NCBI GenBank assembly: GCA_046538485.1
Contig: JBKHIT010000005.1
Coordinates: forward strand, 95,039 to 159,038
From: Candidatus Brocadiia bacterium
GTDB lineage: Bacteria; Planctomycetota; Brocadiia; SM23-32
Length of the DNA: 64,000 nucleotides
Direction: 5' to 3'
The position numbers and the translations under genes were made by a program. Below the pieces are notes generated by a model. It was not told the origin of the DNA. It did no database searches and saw only the letters and a program-made list of their open reading frames with translations. How positions within the stretch are numbered: position 1 is the first letter of the stretch; each line of letters opens with the position of its first letter. Shown here piece by piece: positions 20,114 through 29,791 of the stretch.

Positions 20114-20896
20114 ATGAAACTTGGTTTTCTCACTGACGGATGCACGGACGATGTCGAATTTGCCAGCGAAAACGGATTCGGGTGTCTCGAAGTAGCTTTG
20201 TTCGGCGACAGCCCGCTTTATGAAGATTGTTCGGAATTCAAGCAAGCCTGTGATAACGCCGACATTTCAGTCTCGGCGGTGAGCCTTTTTGGACAAAAGA
20301 TGTTTGGAGAAGCCGATTCAGTGGGGGAAGGACGGAAGAATTTCGAGGCCGCGCGTGATCTCGCCGTTGAACTCCAGGCCCCTGTTTTCGTTGCCGGCTC
20401 TGCCCGTTACGAAGAGATCCCCGAGGACGAACAATGGGAGATGGTCATCGAAGAAATGACGCCGATGATCCGAGCCGTCCAGGACAGAGGGTTGACGTAT
20501 GCTTTTTACAACTGCCATTGGGAGAACGTGGTCTGCAAGCCGGAAGCCTGGGCACGCGTGTTGCCGGAAGTTTCGGGGGCCGGTATCAAATTCGACCCCT
20601 CCCATCCGGTATACGACGGACGGGAGTGGATGCCGGATATGTGGAAAGCCGGCGACCGGATCGTCCACACCCACGCGAAAGATACGTTATGGATTGACGG
20701 AGAACGTATTCCCGATCCGAATCCGGGACTCGGGCAGATGAACTGGGGAGCGTTTTTCGGGATCCTCTACGAACTTGGTCTTGACGTGGACGTATGCATT
20801 GAACCCCACAGCGCGGTCTACACGGGCGAAAACCGTTATCCGGCGCTTCTGCTGTCGAAACGCTACCTTGAGCGTTTCCTCATGCCTGAGATGTGA
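20114..20896 (+). CDS. Sugar phosphate isomerase/epimerase (xylose isomerase-like TIM barrel)
   Basis: GIKFDPSH, IVHTHAKD, PGLGQMNWG, CIEPH. Confidence 0.85.
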   Translation: MKLGFLTDGCTDDVEFASENGFGCLEVALFGDSPLYEDCSEFKQACDNADISVSAVSLFGQKMFGEADSVGEGRKNFEAARDLAVELQAPVFVAGSARYEEIPEDEQWEMVIEEMTPMIRAVQDRGLTYAFYNCHWENVVCKPEAWARVLPEVSGAGIKFDPSHPVYDGREWMPDMWKAGDRIVHTHAKDTLWIDGERIPDPNPGLGQMNWGAFFGILYELGLDVDVCIEPHSAVYTGENRYPALLLSKRYLERFLMPEM

Positions 20897-21006
20897 GGAT
20901 CAGCTCAAAGACTCCGTGAGCGTGCCGTCCCTGATACGAAGCCGGGTCTGTTCTACGGGGCCAGCAGGCGAACAGATCACGTGAGGGGTAGCATTGCTGG
21001 AGAGCT

Positions 21007-21046
21007 GTAGGCCCGCATCGCCGAGGCGGACCTGCCGTTGGTTGTT
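21007..21046 (+). repeat. REP-like module C (GTAG-GCCCGC-ATCGCCGA-GGCGGACCT-GCCGTTGGTTGTT)
   Basis: Shares ATCGCCGAGGCGGACCTGCCGTTGGTTGTTT with 14917-14947. Confidence 0.85.
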
Positions 21047-21198
21047 TCTGTGACATCAGAGGACGTGATCTGGATGTTGAGGAAATAGAGCCTTGCGTCC
21101 GAATCCAGTCTGGCCGACCAGAACGGTCGGTTCTTCAAATCCGTATCCCGTCCCCGGAAGCCCAAAATGGCATAGGGAACGTTACAATGCGAAAGACC

Positions 21199-21226
21199 TT
21201 GACAGCGCATTACTTCCGCATAGAAT
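21199..21226 (+). promoter_or_regulatory. Putative sigma70 promoter of the pilin-like gene
   Basis: TTGACA-16 nt-TAGAAT, about 45 nt upstream of the ATG at 21270. Confidence 0.55.
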
Positions 21227-21269
21227 AAATTATAGACCGACCATTTTTATACTGGGCCAGGAGGGAAGA

Positions 21270-22280
21270 ATGAGGCGAGGAATCCGCACAGGATTTACTC
21301 TCATAGAGCTGCTCGTTGTCATTGCCATCATTGCCATACTGGCCGCCATGTTGATGCCGGCACTTGAAAAGGCGAGGGAGGCCGCCTGGCATGCTCAGTG
21401 CCTGCAAAATTTCCATCAGATCCAGCTGGCGTCAAATCTGTTTGCAATGGACCATGACGGAGGGGTTCCGTATCTGAATTCGGGGGCATACGGTTGTCTG
21501 GGTATAGCTGGCCCTGGTTGGGCAGGGTGGTGGAGCACGGCGCAGAAGGAAGCGGCTATCGAGAACGACCCGTTCTGCAACTTCTCCGAGAAATATCTGG
21601 GTGGCATTTGGACTTACGATGCTTCGGCCGACATCATGCGCGTCCCTGACGTGCTGGTGTGTCCGGGTTTGAGTCGGGATCCACAGATCCACGCGCAGAT
21701 GCCGGGAGATGCGTGGGACAAAAAATATCGTATTGGAGGGAGAATTCGCGGCGGGACCGTGGTGGGGTTTGGGTCTTTCCTTGGACAGTATTTTCTTACC
21801 GTCACCGGGTGTTCTCACGGTGCGAATGGCACAATCAATACGACCCATAATCCGAATCACCCTTCGGATCCATGTTCCAAAGGACCCGGCGAAGGCGGAC
21901 GCCTCAAACTGAAAGATCTGCGGAACCCTTCCGATGATGTCATTCTTGTTGATATGCTTTTCCAGAGGGGAAATTCTACTTCTTATGGCACCGATCGAAT
22001 GTGGCGTATACCTCACGGCAGCAGTGTTAAGCCCTGGAAAATCAACCAGGGTTATGCTGATGGCTCAGTTCAGGCTTATAATTTCGAGGGTGTCAACTGG
22101 TCCTACAAACCAGCTTACCCCTGGGACAGGAAAGTTTTGACGCCGATGTATGCTTCATCCCGGGCGCAGTTCAACCGGGGTGGCTATCCGTATAGACACA
22201 CGAACTGGCAACCGGCCAAACCGGGTTGGTATGGCATCGGCACCACACCTCATGGCAGTTCCTACAACCCTACACCGTAA
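21270..22280 (+). CDS. Prepilin-type N-terminal cleavage/methylation protein (DUF1559-like)
   Basis: [37 protein letters not shown]-terminal H...[17 protein letters not shown]. Confidence 0.92.
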   Translation: MRRGIRTGFTLIELLVVIAIIAILAAMLMPALEKAREAAWHAQCLQNFHQIQLASNLFAMDHDGGVPYLNSGAYGCLGIAGPGWAGWWSTAQKEAAIENDPFCNFSEKYLGGIWTYDASADIMRVPDVLVCPGLSRDPQIHAQMPGDAWDKKYRIGGRIRGGTVVGFGSFLGQYFLTVTGCSHGANGTINTTHNPNHPSDPCSKGPGEGGRLKLKDLRNPSDDVILVDMLFQRGNSTSYGTDRMWRIPHGSSVKPWKINQGYADGSVQAYNFEGVNWSYKPAYPWDRKVLTPMYASSRAQFNRGGYPYRHTNWQPAKPGWYGIGTTPHGSSYNPTP

Positions 22281-22387
22281 CTACCATACTTTTTGCGGCC
22301 TTTCGGTCCCTGGTCTCGCAACCAGGGTTGTGGTGGGCTGTGCAACAAGGCTCTTTTACGCTATCCTGGTGAATGTAAAATGCCCGT

Positions 22388-22411
22388 GTGGCACAGGCTC
22401 TCCAGCCTGTG
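22388..22411 (+). repeat. REP-like palindrome GTGG-CACAGGC-TCTCCA-GCCTGTG
   Basis: Perfect 7 bp stem preceded by a GTGG tetranucleotide. Confidence 0.55.
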
Positions 22412-22440
22412 GACCGGGTCGTCAGGCCCGGGTTAGCTGT

Positions 22441-22560
22441 CCCGCGTTCTGAACTCCAGTCCCGCGCAGCCGTCCTGAAGTCCAGTCCGCTCATGCTCTC
22501 TATATTCGAGTTCAGCTGAGCCCGCCGCCGTCGGGCGAAGGGGGGCTCGAGGCGGACAAG
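22441..22560. repeat. Composite repeat, module A plus module B
   Basis: CGCGTTCTGAACTCCAG...CTGAAGTCCAGTCCGCTC then TCGAGTTCAGCTGAGCCCGCC...GAGGCGGACAA. Lies between convergent genes. Confidence 0.9.
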
Positions 22561-22677
22561 TGGGGGAATACCAAGAGCCGGGATCTGGCGTCAGCGACAT
22601 CGGCACCGTGTTTGAAAAACGGCGGGTCTCCAGAGCCCTCTGAACCTTTTGGCCCCTTATCCCGTGCCCGGACCCTA

Positions 22678-23985
22678 TCACTGGTTTTTCAAATCTTTCT
22701 CGGGATCGATCACCATGAACCGGGCGTGGAAGAAACATTGAGCGCGGTTCGCCCATGGATTGGCCGGGTCCTCGCCTTTGATCGACCACACCATCGCCAC
22801 CGCGTGCAGTTTGTTGTCGGCACCCACCACGAGAGAATGAATCTCGCTGACCCGTCGGCCTTTTTCGCAGATGATTTTGCCGTGGTTCCTGGTTTTCCCC
22901 GACGGGATATGGTAACTCATCAGGTGCGCCTGTTTTCGCCAGATGGGATACGAGCAATACCAGAGCGTCCGTCCACGCAGACACAGGCCCAGCGACCCGC
23001 GGTCGGCTTTTTCGGGGCGGAATCCGAAGGGGGCCAGTCCTTCGGTCTTACCTTTCAGACCGTCCGGTTTTTCCGGAGGTTTGAACCGGAACAGGTATTC
23101 GTCGCCACGCCGCACGCTGTAATACCAGTCTGTTTCGGGATCTTTGACAATGTTGATCCATTGTCCGGTCCCCTTTTTGTTTGGTTTAGTCTCGAGATTC
23201 GGATCGGACGGCACCCGTGCCTCAAGGGTATTAATCTCGTCAGTGCGGGGATTATATTTCCAGATCTCTCCGTTGATCCGGGAACCATACACGTTTCCGT
23301 ATTTGTCCGCAATCAGCACACGACACTGGTATCCCTCGTTGAGTTTCCCGATGGTGACATGTTTTCCTGTTTTCAGATCGAGGTAGCGCAGCTTTGGGTG
23401 GTTGGCATACATGCGTTTGTATTTTGGTTCAAAGAGCATCGTCAGGAGACCGCACCCCTCTTTTGTGGGGTCAACGCCGAGATCCTCGAACCTCGCCGTC
23501 TCCAGGTGGTAGCGCAGAAAATGGCCGCCCGGATAGGGGCGATCCGGCGTGCGATGTGCCGCGCAGGATGACATGTAGAGTTTCTTTTCGTGCTCGTAGA
23601 TCGTCGAGTGGATTTTTCCCTGCGCGTTCCATTTTCCCGGCGCATCGCTCTGTCCGCACCACCTGGCCACATTGATGAGATGTTCCACGCGATCTTCTTC
23701 GGGCAGAAAACGGTAGAACTGCGCGTTGTGATGGGGCGAATGACTCGAGACGCTGAAATACGTGCTGCCGTCGCTCGCCGCGATAATCCCTTCCCATTGT
23801 CCGTCCACAAAGTCCTGCGGCAATTCGCAAGTTGAACTTTTCACATGGGGTTCGGTCTGGCGCTCTTCCTCGCTGAACCGATCCATGTAATTGAGCTTGT
23901 GTTTTCCGGCATGGGCAGTAACAGCGACGAGGACAAACAGAAGGAGTCCAGAAACGCGACAACTGCAACGGAAGTTCGTTTTCAT
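22678..23985 (-). CDS. Secreted beta-propeller hypothetical protein
   Basis: Signal peptide (LLLFVLVAVTAHA). ASDGSTYFSVSSH, QGKIHS, YPGGH...Y, ADKYGNVYG blade-like repeats. Confidence 0.7.
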   Translation of the reverse strand: MKTNFRCSCRVSGLLLFVLVAVTAHAGKHKLNYMDRFSEEERQTEPHVKSSTCELPQDFVDGQWEGIIAASDGSTYFSVSSHSPHHNAQFYRFLPEEDRVEHLINVARWCGQSDAPGKWNAQGKIHSTIYEHEKKLYMSSCAAHRTPDRPYPGGHFLRYHLETARFEDLGVDPTKEGCGLLTMLFEPKYKRMYANHPKLRYLDLKTGKHVTIGKLNEGYQCRVLIADKYGNVYGSRINGEIWKYNPRTDEINTLEARVPSDPNLETKPNKKGTGQWINIVKDPETDWYYSVRRGDEYLFRFKPPEKPDGLKGKTEGLAPFGFRPEKADRGSLGLCLRGRTLWYCSYPIWRKQAHLMSYHIPSGKTRNHGKIICEKGRRVSEIHSLVVGADNKLHAVAMVWSIKGEDPANPWANRAQCFFHARFMVIDPEKDLKNQ

Positions 23986-23986
23986 T

Positions 23987-25108
23987 TTACTTTTCCTTTG
24001 ACTCAGCGGCGGCCGGATTGAGGTCTGGAGCACGCAGAAGATCATCATCGGCCTCTTTGATATACTCTTTGAAAGCCTCGTAGGCTTTGCGCGGCGACAA
24101 ATCGTTGTTGAGAATAGCGAAACTGCCATCGTTGCTATCGGAATCTTTTCCTTCGGACCGCAATTTCGACCAGAATATTTTTTCAACGTATGGCAGTTTC
24201 AAGAGTGCATCGTAGTGGCTGGTCAGTTCCGCTGCCTCTTGTTCTTCCGTCAGCTCGTTCTTTGCGGACACACCAAGCTCCGTTACCCAGATCTTTTTGT
24301 CCGCATCTCCGTTCTTTTTCATAATTTCGTAAGTGGTTTTGACTTTTTCGACGCTTTTTTTCGCTGTTTGTGGTTTGTCCGGATATGAATGGAGGGAGAT
24401 GATGTCGAAATAGTTCGTGATTCCGCGGTTATAGAGTCTCTGGAGGGTTTTGGGCTTCGCCTCATTTTCACCGTCCCTGAAGGCATGAACGCCATCGGTG
24501 GCGAGTGCTCCGAGCAGAATCTTGTTGTGTCGGTCGACTTCTTTGATCGTTTTGTAGGCTGTTCGCAGATGACGTCCGTAGTTTTCCAGGGAAGATCGCC
24601 ATGAGATCCAGTCGATTTCGTTGCCGATCTCATAGTGGAGCACTTTTCCGCGGTAGTGTCGGGCGACGAAACGCAGGTGTTCTTCGAAAGCGTCGGAACT
24701 TTTTGGCATGTAGGCCCAGAAGGCTTCAGTTTCTGGTTTGGGTGACGCCCATTTCGGTGTGCCAACGAGTTGGATATAGACACGGATTCCCAGGCGATCC
24801 GCATGGCGAATTGTGTAATCGACTCTTTTCAAATATTGTCCGTTGATCCGCCCCTGTTGCGGCTCGAGGAGATGCCATCTTATCCGCACGCGGAGCCATT
24901 CGATTTTTGCTTTTTTCACAAGTTTAAGCGCCCGGGAAATGCCGGCGGCGCGCCTGTAAACGTCCGGTCGGTCGGCGTGAATGCAAACTCCGAAAGGTTC
25001 CCGCTTGTGGGTGCCGGGTTCTGCAGCCCTGTTGCGTGGTTCGGCGCGGCTCACCGAGCCTCCGACCAGAAGAAAAAGCGCAAGAATCCAAAAAAAAACT
25101 CGAGACAC
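23987..25108 (-). CDS. Secreted clan GH-A glycoside hydrolase (GH5/GH39-like)
   Basis: Signal peptide, W..LEPQQG, GTPKWAS, acid/base YEIGNE, FDIISLHSY, nucleophile IWVTELG. Confidence 0.8.
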   Translation of the reverse strand: MSRVFFWILALFLLVGGSVSRAEPRNRAAEPGTHKREPFGVCIHADRPDVYRRAAGISRALKLVKKAKIEWLRVRIRWHLLEPQQGRINGQYLKRVDYTIRHADRLGIRVYIQLVGTPKWASPKPETEAFWAYMPKSSDAFEEHLRFVARHYRGKVLHYEIGNEIDWISWRSSLENYGRHLRTAYKTIKEVDRHNKILLGALATDGVHAFRDGENEAKPKTLQRLYNRGITNYFDIISLHSYPDKPQTAKKSVEKVKTTYEIMKKNGDADKKIWVTELGVSAKNELTEEQEAAELTSHYDALLKLPYVEKIFWSKLRSEGKDSDSNDGSFAILNNDLSPRKAYEAFKEYIKEADDDLLRAPDLNPAAAESKEK

Positions 25109-25374
25109 TGGTTTTTTCTCCTTTTGACGGCTGTTATTTTCCTCGATACTTCGATCCAGTTCCGCTTACTCTATTGTACAGGAAAGATAATGAATTTGCC
25201 TCCGGGTGGCGATCGGAGATGGGCGGGAGTTTGGGGAAATTAATAGCGGTTAAACGCCAAAACCACCTAAAGCGCAAATCCCTCATCTGTTCTGTCGCTT
25301 GCGGTGATGGAGGATCCACCCCACAATATGCGTTCTCCGATCATCAATACACACCTTTCTGCGAGGAAGTTTTC

Positions 25375-26736
25375 GTGAAAGAAAAACTCCAGGATATCTG
25401 TCAGAAACTGCCCGCCGATTATGCTGAGATCCGCGTCCACGAGGGTTCTTCAACACGAGTTAATTATTCCGGGGAAGAACTGGAGGATATCGGGGAGCGA
25501 ACCGGCCTTGGCGGTTGCGTGCGTGTGCTCAAAGATGGCGGATGGGGTTTTGCCACATTCAATGACATCAAGGCAATGGAAAAGTTCGCCGAGATGGCCG
25601 TTGAACAGGCGGAACTGGTCGAAGGAGATCCCATCGAACTCGCCGAAATCGACCCTGTCGAGACCACCTACCGGTCAAATCCGGAGATCGATCCCGGCGA
25701 GGTGTCCCTGGCCGATAAACGTGATCTGTGTCATGACTACAACGAGAGCATTCTCAGCGGGGAAAAAATTCGCACCAGCGCTGTGCGCTACCGCGATTCC
25801 CGTTCGACCCGTTATTTTGCCAACTCCGAAGGCAGCTACATCGAACAACAGTTCTCGTTTTGCGGCGCACTGATAATGGCGATCGCGGTTGACGGCGATA
25901 ATGTCCAGCGGGCCTACAAATCGACCGGCGATCTGCGGGGGTACGGGAATGTGCAGGATCTGGAAGAATCCTGCGAGGACGTGAAGAAACGGGCCACCGA
26001 TCTGCTCGAGGCCGAACCTATTGAAGCGGGGACCTACACAGTCATTGCCGATCCCAAACTTTGCGGCGTCTTCGTGCATGAAGCGTTCGGCCATCTGAGC
26101 GAGGCCGATCATGTTTACGAAAACCCCAGACTCCGCGAAATTATGAAACCAGGTCGTCGTTTTGGCAAGGGAATTCTTAATATCATCGATCAGGGCAACA
26201 TGGTCGGCGAAGCCGGCTTCCTCGCCTACGATGACGAAGGTGTGCCCGCAGGGCGAACTCCTCTGATCGAAAATGGTGTGTTGAAAGGAAGATTGCATAA
26301 CCGCGAGACGGCCGCGCGGATGGATGAAAGGCCGACCGGCAACGCTCGTGCCATTTCCTACAGCCATCCTCCCATCGTAAGAATGACAAATGCCTACATG
26401 GAAGCCGGGGAAACGAGCTTCGATGAGATGATTCAGGATACCGAGGATGGGATCTATGCGAAAGGTATGCTCGGGGGGCAGACCAACATGGAGATGTTCA
26501 CTTTCAGCGCGGAGGAAGCGTGGCGAATCCGCGACGGTGAGATCGCCGAAAAACTCCGCGAAGTCGTCCTGACCGGTAACGTCTTTAAGACGCTCAACGA
26601 TATCGATGCGATCGGGCGTGACGTTAAGATGCATGGAGGACTCGGAGGATGCGGCAAAGCCGGACAGGGCCCTCTTCGGGTGGGGGATGGAGGTCCGCAC
26701 TGTCGGATCCAGGATGTTGTTATCGGTGGGCGATGA
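25375..26736 (+). CDS. tldD: TldD metalloprotease
   Basis: HEAFGH zinc motif, YDDEG, TGNAR, PIVRMTN, GGCGK.GQ.P..VGDGGPH. GTG start with GAGG RBS. Confidence 0.93.
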   Translation: MKEKLQDICQKLPADYAEIRVHEGSSTRVNYSGEELEDIGERTGLGGCVRVLKDGGWGFATFNDIKAMEKFAEMAVEQAELVEGDPIELAEIDPVETTYRSNPEIDPGEVSLADKRDLCHDYNESILSGEKIRTSAVRYRDSRSTRYFANSEGSYIEQQFSFCGALIMAIAVDGDNVQRAYKSTGDLRGYGNVQDLEESCEDVKKRATDLLEAEPIEAGTYTVIADPKLCGVFVHEAFGHLSEADHVYENPRLREIMKPGRRFGKGILNIIDQGNMVGEAGFLAYDDEGVPAGRTPLIENGVLKGRLHNRETAARMDERPTGNARAISYSHPPIVRMTNAYMEAGETSFDEMIQDTEDGIYAKGMLGGQTNMEMFTFSAEEAWRIRDGEIAEKLREVVLTGNVFKTLNDIDAIGRDVKMHGGLGGCGKAGQGPLRVGDGGPHCRIQDVVIGGR

Positions 26737-26786
26737 AAATCTGATTCTTTTTGTTGAGATGCCAAAGGACCCGGAGGAAAACAGAC

Positions 26787-28100
26787 ATGTGTGCGATGCC
26801 CGACGAGATGCTCGATGCCGCCCGCAGCTGTTGCGATGCTGCGGAAGTCTACGTGGAACGCGGCGAGACCCGTTCCATACGTTTTGAAAATAACAAACTG
26901 AAACGAATTACGGCCCGACAGTTCAATGGCGTCGGATTGCGGATTTTCAACGAAGGACGGATCGGATTCGCTTCCACCACCGACCTTCGCGAACCCGACC
27001 GACTTGTGGAGATGGCCGTTGAAAGCGCGGAATTCGGCGATAAAGCGGTCTTTAAGTTGCCCGATCAACCGCCTGAAATCGCCGATGTCGATACCTGTGA
27101 TAGCGAGATCAAAAACGTGGCCCCTCGTGATATGGTTGCACTGGGGAAGACGGCCATGGAAAAGAGCCGTCAGGCCAGCGACGAATACCTTTTCTCGGCG
27201 AATATCTCTACTAAAACTGCCACACAGCATATTCTCAATACTGGTGGCCTTGATGTCGAATTCGAAAAGTCCGACATGGCCGCCTCCGTGGAGATACAGG
27301 AAGTCAACGACAGCGGTATGCTCGAAACTTACGAATCCCGCTCCTGGGGCCAGCCGTTCACAAGTATCGAAGATATAACCGATACTGCTCTGGAGAAAAT
27401 GGAGAAAGGAAAAGTAATCGCGCCCGCGAAATCCGAAGTTATGCCGATGATCTTTACACCGAAGTCGGCCGGCACTTTACTGTCGCCCATTATGACGGCA
27501 CTTAACGGCAAACGGGTGCAGAAAGGTTCGTCGATCCTGGCGGGACGTTTGGATGAAAAAATTGTCGACGAACGAATCGCGATTTTTGATGATCCAACGG
27601 TGCCATTTGGACCCAGCAGCGCGCCCATCGATGATGAAGGGCTGCCCGTGTCGCGACGCCCACTCATCGAACAGGGGGTGCTTAAAAACTACTTGCTCGA
27701 CCTGCAGACCGCTGCTTTGCTCGGGATGGAGTCGACCGCGAGCGGACATCGTTCGTACGGCAGCCGCCCGTCACCTTCATCCACCAATACTCTCGTTCTG
27801 GCCGGATCCACGCCGTATAAGGAGATGGTGGAAGGACTCGAACGCGGTGTCATCGTCGATCAGACGCTCGGTTCGGGACAGAGTAACACGCTGGCCGGGG
27901 AGTTCAGTGTCAACGTGGCGCTGGGTTTTCTGGTGGAAGACGGCGACATTCAGGGGCGGGTCAAAGACTGTATGGTGGCGGGGAATGTTTACAAACTTCT
28001 ATCCCGGCTGGAAGCCCTTGGATCCGAACCCCAATGGATGGGATCCAATTGCGTCCCGGCGATCTGCGTCGGCGGCATCAAGCTGGCGATACAGGATTAG
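26787..28100 (+). CDS. pmbA: PmbA/TldE, non-catalytic partner of TldD
   Basis: TldD/PmbA fold, IDDEG, GEFSV, MVAGNVY. Lacks HExxxH and directly follows tldD. Confidence 0.9.
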   Translation: MCAMPDEMLDAARSCCDAAEVYVERGETRSIRFENNKLKRITARQFNGVGLRIFNEGRIGFASTTDLREPDRLVEMAVESAEFGDKAVFKLPDQPPEIADVDTCDSEIKNVAPRDMVALGKTAMEKSRQASDEYLFSANISTKTATQHILNTGGLDVEFEKSDMAASVEIQEVNDSGMLETYESRSWGQPFTSIEDITDTALEKMEKGKVIAPAKSEVMPMIFTPKSAGTLLSPIMTALNGKRVQKGSSILAGRLDEKIVDERIAIFDDPTVPFGPSSAPIDDEGLPVSRRPLIEQGVLKNYLLDLQTAALLGMESTASGHRSYGSRPSPSSTNTLVLAGSTPYKEMVEGLERGVIVDQTLGSGQSNTLAGEFSVNVALGFLVEDGDIQGRVKDCMVAGNVYKLLSRLEALGSEPQWMGSNCVPAICVGGIKLAIQD

Positions 28101-29718
28101 AATTTTCGTCGCTTCCGCCGACCGGCGCTTCTTTCGCCCAGCGTTTTGCCTCCGGGCCGTAAAGAGGAAGCGGCCGGTTGAGACGCCCGTTGCCCGCTCC
28201 ACCGGGACTGAAGCGAGCATTATCCTTCACCGGCAGCGTTCTGTACTGTTCCGCCTGTCTTAATCGCACGTGCAGTTCGGACATTTTTTCGAGCATCTGC
28301 CGGCGCGCTTCCGAATGTTTTTCATCCGAATACAGGTTGTGCTGCTCGTCAGGGTCTTCCACAAGATTTATGAGTTGATTCGGGCTGTCTTCACCTTCAA
28401 AAACAGTCAGCCGCCAGCCGTCGTCGCTGATGATGCTCTCCATCGAGCCGAACGCGACCGATACGCAGTCCCATGGCTCCGGTTCGTTTTCACCGGCGGC
28501 GACTTTTTGAAAGGAACGGCCTTCCAACGGCGGGCGGATTTCCGGTTCGATTCCTGCCCAGTCACAGAAGGTGGGGAAGAAGTCCAAAGAACAGGTCAAC
28601 CTGTTCGTGGACCCGTTCCCTGCGTCGGCCCCCGCTACGATAAGCGGACAGCGGATGCTGGTATCATACGGTTTGACGCCTTTGGTGTTCAGCTCATGAT
28701 CGCCCATCATGTCGCCGTGATCGGTGGTGAATACCAGGACGGTGTCGTCCCACAGGTTTTGTTTATCGAGGAAATTCACGATGCGGGCGATCTGGTCATT
28801 GATGAAGCGAATCGATCCATGATATTTCGCGCGCATTTCCCGGACGATTCGGGTGTTTTCCACGATCTGGTCGAATCCCTGCCAGGTTTTGGCTTTTTCG
28901 AGCACCGCATTGCCTCGTTCCGTCCAGCTGGCCGGGATGGGATCGGGCATATCCTCGGCGTCGAACATCTCACCGTAGGGTTCCGGGGGATCGTAGGGGC
29001 AATGGGGATCGACGTAGGAAACGTGGCATAAAAACGGTTGATCCGGCCGTTCCTCCATGTGTCGACGCATGAAATCGAGCGAGAGATCGGTGATGTAGGT
29101 TGTCTGGTGGAGTTCGGCCGGCAGGGGGGAGGTGTAGAACATTCCCCAGTCGGAGGCCTGCCGCACCGGTTGCAGTATGCGTTGCCGGATTTCCTGCAGT
29201 TTCGGCTGACGCATCCGGTCATCGGCGTCTTCGGGAAGATGTCGAGGATTTCCCCAGGCCATCGCCAGAGCGGTTTCGAAGTGTTCTGGATGTTCCCGGC
29301 GGATCCAATCGATGTAGGGGCCCCATTTCGGATCTTCAGTGATCACACTTTCATCGAATCCGAGGTATTCGTAATTTTCCGGGTGTTGCTGAGGCATTGG
29401 AGCCAGGTGAAATTTGCCGAACCCACCGACGTTGTAGCCGTGGTGTCCCAGAACGTGAGCGTACGTCGGATTGTCCGCGGGCATGAGGTAGTTATTGCTG
29501 ATGATTCCGTGGACCTGTGGGCTGCGGCCGGTGGCAAACGTGGCGCGGTTGGGCGCGCAGACCGGACTGGTGGCGTAGCATCGATCGAACCGTATTCCTG
29601 AAGATGCCAATCGGTCGAGTGTGGGAGTCGAGTCGACTCCACTGCCATAACATCCGACAAAACCGGCGGCGAGTTGATCGGCCATGATGAAGACGATGTT
29701 GCGTGGTGTATTGGGCAT
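28078..29718 (-). CDS. Cys-type S1 sulfatase, cytoplasmic
   Basis: IVFIMADQ, CAPNR, GKFH, SYVDPHCPY, FTTDHGD. Confidence 0.9.
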   Translation of the reverse strand: MPNTPRNIVFIMADQLAAGFVGCYGSGVDSTPTLDRLASSGIRFDRCYATSPVCAPNRATFATGRSPQVHGIISNNYLMPADNPTYAHVLGHHGYNVGGFGKFHLAPMPQQHPENYEYLGFDESVITEDPKWGPYIDWIRREHPEHFETALAMAWGNPRHLPEDADDRMRQPKLQEIRQRILQPVRQASDWGMFYTSPLPAELHQTTYITDLSLDFMRRHMEERPDQPFLCHVSYVDPHCPYDPPEPYGEMFDAEDMPDPIPASWTERGNAVLEKAKTWQGFDQIVENTRIVREMRAKYHGSIRFINDQIARIVNFLDKQNLWDDTVLVFTTDHGDMMGDHELNTKGVKPYDTSIRCPLIVAGADAGNGSTNRLTCSLDFFPTFCDWAGIEPEIRPPLEGRSFQKVAAGENEPEPWDCVSVAFGSMESIISDDGWRLTVFEGEDSPNQLINLVEDPDEQHNLYSDEKHSEARRQMLEKMSELHVRLRQAEQYRTLPVKDNARFSPGGAGNGRLNRPLPLYGPEAKRWAKEAPVGGSDENSNPVSPA

Positions 29719-29791
29719 GAAAACTCCTTCGGCGTCCGCGCCAGCCACAAATGCGCTCCGGCCAACGTTGCCGTATTTGCGAACCAGACCA